Origin: Octopus vulgaris
Lineage: Eukaryota
Assembly: GCA_951406725.2 (NCBI GenBank)
Contig: OX597838.1
Coordinates: 11,594,001 to 11,658,000 of the forward strand
DNA length: 64,000 bases
Direction of reading: 5' to 3'
The notes under the pieces were generated by a model, which saw only the letters and a list, made by a program, of their open reading frames with translations, made no database searches and had not been told where the DNA came from. The position numbers and the translations under genes were made by a program. Shown here piece by piece: positions 59,090 through 64,000 of this stretch. Position 1 is the stretch's first letter, and the number at the start of each line of letters is the position of its first letter.

Positions 59090-59955
59090 TAATAGAAGTG
59101 ACAAAGGAGCATATTTTGCTTTATGATTTCAATAAAGGCAACAAGACAACGGAAAGCGTGAGGAATATTAATGCAGTATATGGGGATCGGACAATAAGCA
59201 TAAGCCTGTGTCAACAGTGGTTCCAGAGCCTTGCCCTGGAAGATCTGTAAAGCTCAATGAGAACGACCTGCAAACCCCGGTGGAACAAAATCCCATCATA
59301 ACTCAGGCGCAGGAGTGGCTGTGTGGTAAGTAGCTTGCTAACCAACCACATGGTTCCGGGTTCAGTCCCACTGCGTGGCATCTTGGGCAAGTGTCTTCTG
59401 CTATAGCCCCGGACCGACCAATGCCTTGTGAGTGGATTTGGTAGACGGAAACTGAAAGAAGCCCGTCGTACATATGTATGTATATATATGTATGTGTGTG
59501 TATGCGTTTGTGTGTCTGTGTTTGTCCCCCTAGCATTGCTTGACAACCGATGCTGGTGTGTTTACGTCCCCGTCACTTAGCGGTTCGGCAAAAAGAGACT
59601 GATAGAATAAGTACTGGGCTTACAAAGAATAAGTCCCGGGGTCGCTTTGCTCGACTAAAGGCGGTGCTCCAGCATGGCCGCAGTCAAATGACTGAAACAA
59701 GTACAAGAGTAAGAGTATAACTGTTGAGGAAGTAGCAGAGAACCATTCATCGACACCTGTGTGCCATCGGAAAATGACCGTCTTTGGTTTCAAGACGAAA
59801 GGTGTTCTTCCATCAGGATAATGCTTGGCCACATACAGCAAGAATGATATTCCAAACGCTGGGGCAGTTTGAATGGGAAATAATGCCCCATCTACCATAC
59901 TCACCAGACATTGCCCCATCTGATTATCATTTATTCTGCAGTCTTCAGAATCATA
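59090..59955 (+). mobile_element. Mariner relic interrupted by SINE B
   Basis: HILLYDFNKG...RNINAVYG...QQWF; FHQDNAWPHTA...PHLPYSPDIAPSDYHLF. Confidence 0.85.
59305..59717 (+). mobile_element. SINE family B, full length, inserted in a mariner relic
   Basis: Consensus match that interrupts transposase-like sequence. Confidence 0.85.
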
Positions 59956-62900
59956 TTTCTTTACTGCCCACAAGGGGCTAAACATAGAGGGGACAAACAA
60001 GGACAGACAAAAGGATTAAGTCGATTACATCGACCCCAGTGTGTAACTGGTATTTATCGACCCCGGAAGGATGAAAGGCAAAGTCGACCTTGGCGGAATT
60101 TGAACTCAGAACGTAGCGGCAGACGAAATACGGCTACGCATTTCGCCCGGCGTGCTAACGTTTCTGCCAGCTCACTGCCTTCAGAATCATATACCTCTTA
60201 GTTGAGGGTGGGGAGGGTCTTGTCTTGCAAGTTACTCGGTGACCTTGCTAGTGTTTGCACCACATACGAAGTCCTTAAAATACTCTTTGAAGTGGTTGGC
60301 ATTAAGAAGGGCATCCGGTCATAGAAACTGTGCCAAAGCAGACAGTAGCACTTGGTGCATTCCTCTGGCTTGTCAGCTCCTGTCAACCCTTCCAACCCAT
60401 GCCAGCAGAGAAAACAGACAGTAAATGATGATGACGAGGATGCACTGACATAACCCCATTTCTCATTATTTCCGGTCGTTATTGCTGTTATTTAGCACCA
60501 GGCTATCTTTAATTGAGCCAACTCTATAATCAAGGCATTCCAGCTGTAGTCATCCAGGACAGCGTTATCTAATGTGTTAAGATACGTTAGATAGAAGTAA
60601 TTTGAGAGATTTGCTTGTCATTTCTGGTGGTTGAGCAACTATGTATGGCTTCTCTTGTCTTGTGATATTGTTAAATTACAAGTCATCTCATATTGAGCAG
60701 ATGAGTGGTCAAAGGCATCTCTGCTGTGACCACCATGCTTTTTTCTAAAATTCCAGCAGTGTTTATCTCGGACTAAAGTATCCCAATGTGTCTTTGTCTT
60801 TATAAAACAGTAGTATAGTGTGATTGGTGGGAGTTTCAGTTGCTGTTTCTAATGGCCTGAATGACCATGTAGTAGCTCTTGATTTTATTGTAGATATAAG
60901 ATAACGATAGTATAAAATTTGATCTAGTGAGAGATTCTAAAAATAGCAGCCAAGTCACCCTCAAATTATACATTACCTATTTCTTTACTACCCACAAGGG
61001 GGCTGAACGTAGAGGGGACAAACAAGGACAGACAAAGGTATTAAGTCGATTACATCGACCCCAGTGCGTAACTGGTGCTTAATTTATCGACTCCGAAAGG
61101 ATGAAAGGCAAAGTTGACCTTGGCGGAATTTGAACTCAGAATGTAACGGCAAATCAAATACGGCTAGGCATTTCGCCCGGCGTGCTAACGTTTCTGCCAG
61201 CTCGCCACCTTAAACAAACCAATACCATCTGAACTAAAAGAAAGTATATTTTGGATGATGAAGTCCATAATATAAGAAAAACACAGGATGGTCATAGCAA
61301 AAATACTTTTGATCATAGGTCTACTGGATTAGAATTGACCTAGTGTTAAACAAAAACAAGTACAACATTATTCTTATGCTAAGAATGCATTATTATTGTA
61401 GAACAGTAGAGAATATATATACATACAGGATGTGACTCTTAATGAGCAAAGATTTTTCCCCGAGTGCTGTTTCCTAGTATTTCACTTGTGTTTCCACTTA
61501 ACATATTTTCTTTGATTCATTTATTACTTCATTCATTCTTCCATCCATTCTTTCCTCCGTCCATCCATCCATCCATCAATTCATTCATTTCTCCATTCCT
61601 TCCCACTGTCCCTCCATTCCTTCCATCCCTGAGCTCTTGTTGATTCAGAATACTATTCATTTAATTATTTCTTTAAATTTTCATCCTAACTATTGTCTTA
61701 ACCCTTTAGCGTTTAAACTGGCCATATCCGGCCCAGATATTCTATATGTTTTATATTCAAAGTGGGGATATCTAGCCTTTCACACCTAACCTACATTGAC
61801 GTTCTATAAATAAACAATCATATCATTGAAACCTCAAAGCTGTAAGATGATCCAGGATTAATTCAAAACAATTTGAGTGAAAAGATATTACATTTAACAG
61901 AGTAATTTGAATACTAAAGGGTTATTGTATATTCTACTGATGTTGTTTTGGCAGAGGAGATAAGTCATAGGCAAAATGAGTCTTTGTAGAGACAAGTCAT
62001 TAATGAGATAAGTTATTGATAAAACAGTTTATAAATTAGACAATTTATTGGCAACTTATCAATGAGACGAGTTATTGGTAAGACATAGCATCAGTCAACC
62101 AAGCTAGAATCATTATTGTTGAGACAAATCATTAGGCTGCCAAGTCATCAGTCTGATAAGTCAATTGTTGGTCAAACTGCACTTCCTTGTCACCATGATC
62201 CTGTGACATCTCATCGTGATTTACGGCCCAACGTTTCCAAGATCAAGACACATCACAGCCAGTTCTTTCTAAACTCCCCTTAAGTCTTCCTCTGCCAGAA
62301 AAGTAACTTTTATTCTCATCTTGCAGCTTTTCACCCACCCTGAATACATCATGTATATAGGGTGTAAATCTATTGCATAGCAGATATGCACATGATTTGT
62401 AATTAAGTGTATAATTAAGTGTTGTAGTGGTGTGTATGCTTTGCTAATCATCCTTGTAATGTTCTAAAGTAGCTGACATGTTGATAATGTGTCATTTGGT
62501 TTGAGACCCAGAAACTCGAGATCTGAGTCCCCAACTCCTCTTGCTTCCCATGGATTCCTCAATGTTCAACAGACATAAACATTCCTTTGTTCAGTAGAAG
62601 ACATTTCCCCAACACCCTCACCACACAAGACACATATCTGTCCCAGTACAGTCATTCATCCTACATACGTCAGCTGATGCTTTAAAACTGCCAAGTCACT
62701 CTCTCAGCACACTTATGTTCCAACTTTTGTGTAGGTTAACATTGCACAACCAACAGATAATACTTACACTATTTCTCTCCAACCTTCACAGATCTTCCAC
62801 ATTCAATACCACATGTCTACACTACCATGTAGGTTAGTTAACATTACACATCCAACACATCACGCCCACTTCATTTCTCCCCATTTGAGACTTCCAGATC

Positions 62901-63129
62901 ATTCTTTAATAGGGTTTCACCTATCTCAGCTCTTGACAGCACCAACACATAATTACTATGCATATGGAGGAAACAATATCACTCAGCCACCTAAACATGG
63001 ACCGGATGCAAACAGAACTTTCGACGTTACTACAAATACTAAACCTTATCATCACGGTGGATCTCTCCTGGTGAATGTACAACTCCAATGTAACAAATGC
63101 AGAGTTACAAGAACTGGCCTTACTCTTCA

Positions 63130-64000
63130 GGATTGCAAAACAATGTATCAGAGAGAATAGAGACATTGTGGGCGAGAAATATGTGTGAATAGATAAAGGT
63201 ATGCTTGCATTTAGCAATTCTGAGAAGAAAGCATGGAAGTGCACTGTGAAAGGTTGCTAAATGTGGAGAATGCATGGGAAAAAGAGTCTTCTAAATATAG
63301 AAATAATTGAGGGATCAGCAATCAGAGTTGACAGCAGTATGATAGATAAGGTAATTAAGAATATGAAGACTGGGAAATCTCCTGGACCATCAGGAATCAC
63401 GGCTGAGATACTTAAAATATCTGGCGGAGTAGAATACAGCCTAGTCACTCGGATAGTTAATCAGGTTATCCAAGGTGTCATTCCTAATGACTGGTATAGT
63501 AGTCATCATCATCGTTTAACGTCCACTTTCCATGCTAGCATGGGTTGGACAATTTTGACTGAGGGCTGGCGAACCAGATGGCTGCACCAGACTCCAATCT
63601 TGATCTGGCAGAGTTTCTACAGCCGGATGCCCTTCCTAACGCCAACCACTCTGGGAGTGTAGTGGGTGCATTTTACGTGCCACCGGCACCGGGGCCAGTC
63701 AGGCAGTACTGGCAATGACCTCGCTCAAATCTTTTTACACGTGCCAGTGAAGCGACGTTGGTAACGATCACGCTCGAATGGTGCCCTTTTACGTGCCACG
63801 GGTACGGAAGCCAGTTGGCTGTTCTGGCAACGATCATGCTCGGATGGTGCTATTATAGTTATTTTGCTACAAGGGTAAAGGTGATGCAGAGATATCAAAC
63901 TGAGATATCAAACTGCTGGACCAGGCCATGAAAGTTCCAGAGACAGTTATAACTCAACTGATTAGGAATAGAATCAAACTTGATGAAATACAATTTGGTT
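63130..64000 (+). mobile_element. Degenerate RTE ORF2 relic interrupted by a family E copy
   Basis: IDKVIKNMKTGKSPGPSGITAEILK...VIPNDW; LDEIQFG at the window end. Confidence 0.75.

Noticed and set aside
62200-62350. Possible terminal exon of a convergent - strand gene
   Set aside because: The translation resembles a decayed RTE ORF2 C-terminus (WVK.C...GRGR) with stops, and no supporting exons were found.

Overview
This is AT-rich, microsatellite- and retroposon-dense eukaryotic genomic DNA, most likely from an octopus (inferred from the SINE/LINE families, not proven). It holds two spliced genes arranged head-to-head. On the - strand is the 5' part of NTAQ1/WDYHV1 (protein N-terminal glutamine amidohydrolase): 4 coding exons from 6658 to 994, continuing beyond the left edge. 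On the + strand is a complete 32-exon mitochondrial RNA polymerase gene, POLRMT (9182-55589; exons sum to 4116 nt = 1371 aa plus stop; all introns GT-AG and phase-consistent; T7-like motifs [33 protein letters not shown] and terminal YFFS). Introns are filled with three tRNA-headed SINE families, RTE/CR1/L1 LINE relics, mariner/Tc1 relics, and hAT, piggyBac and Helitron-type non-autonomous elements. The most notable signals are: (1) a canonical type I hammerhead ribozyme at the apex of a ~150-nt rod-like fold (3476-3621) within a cluster of hairpins; (2) a ~200-bp element carrying a minimal Penelope-type hammerhead-like motif, found in sense orientation just upstream of three POLRMT 3' splice sites; (3) a 2.5-kb foldback in POLRMT intron 13 with different retroposons inserted at mirror positions; (4) a SINE that appears to target GGTAT, including the GGTAT inside itself; (5) a tandem splice donor that could yield a C-terminally truncated polymerase escaping NMD. 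All calls were made by eye without database searches, and repeat boundaries are approximate.
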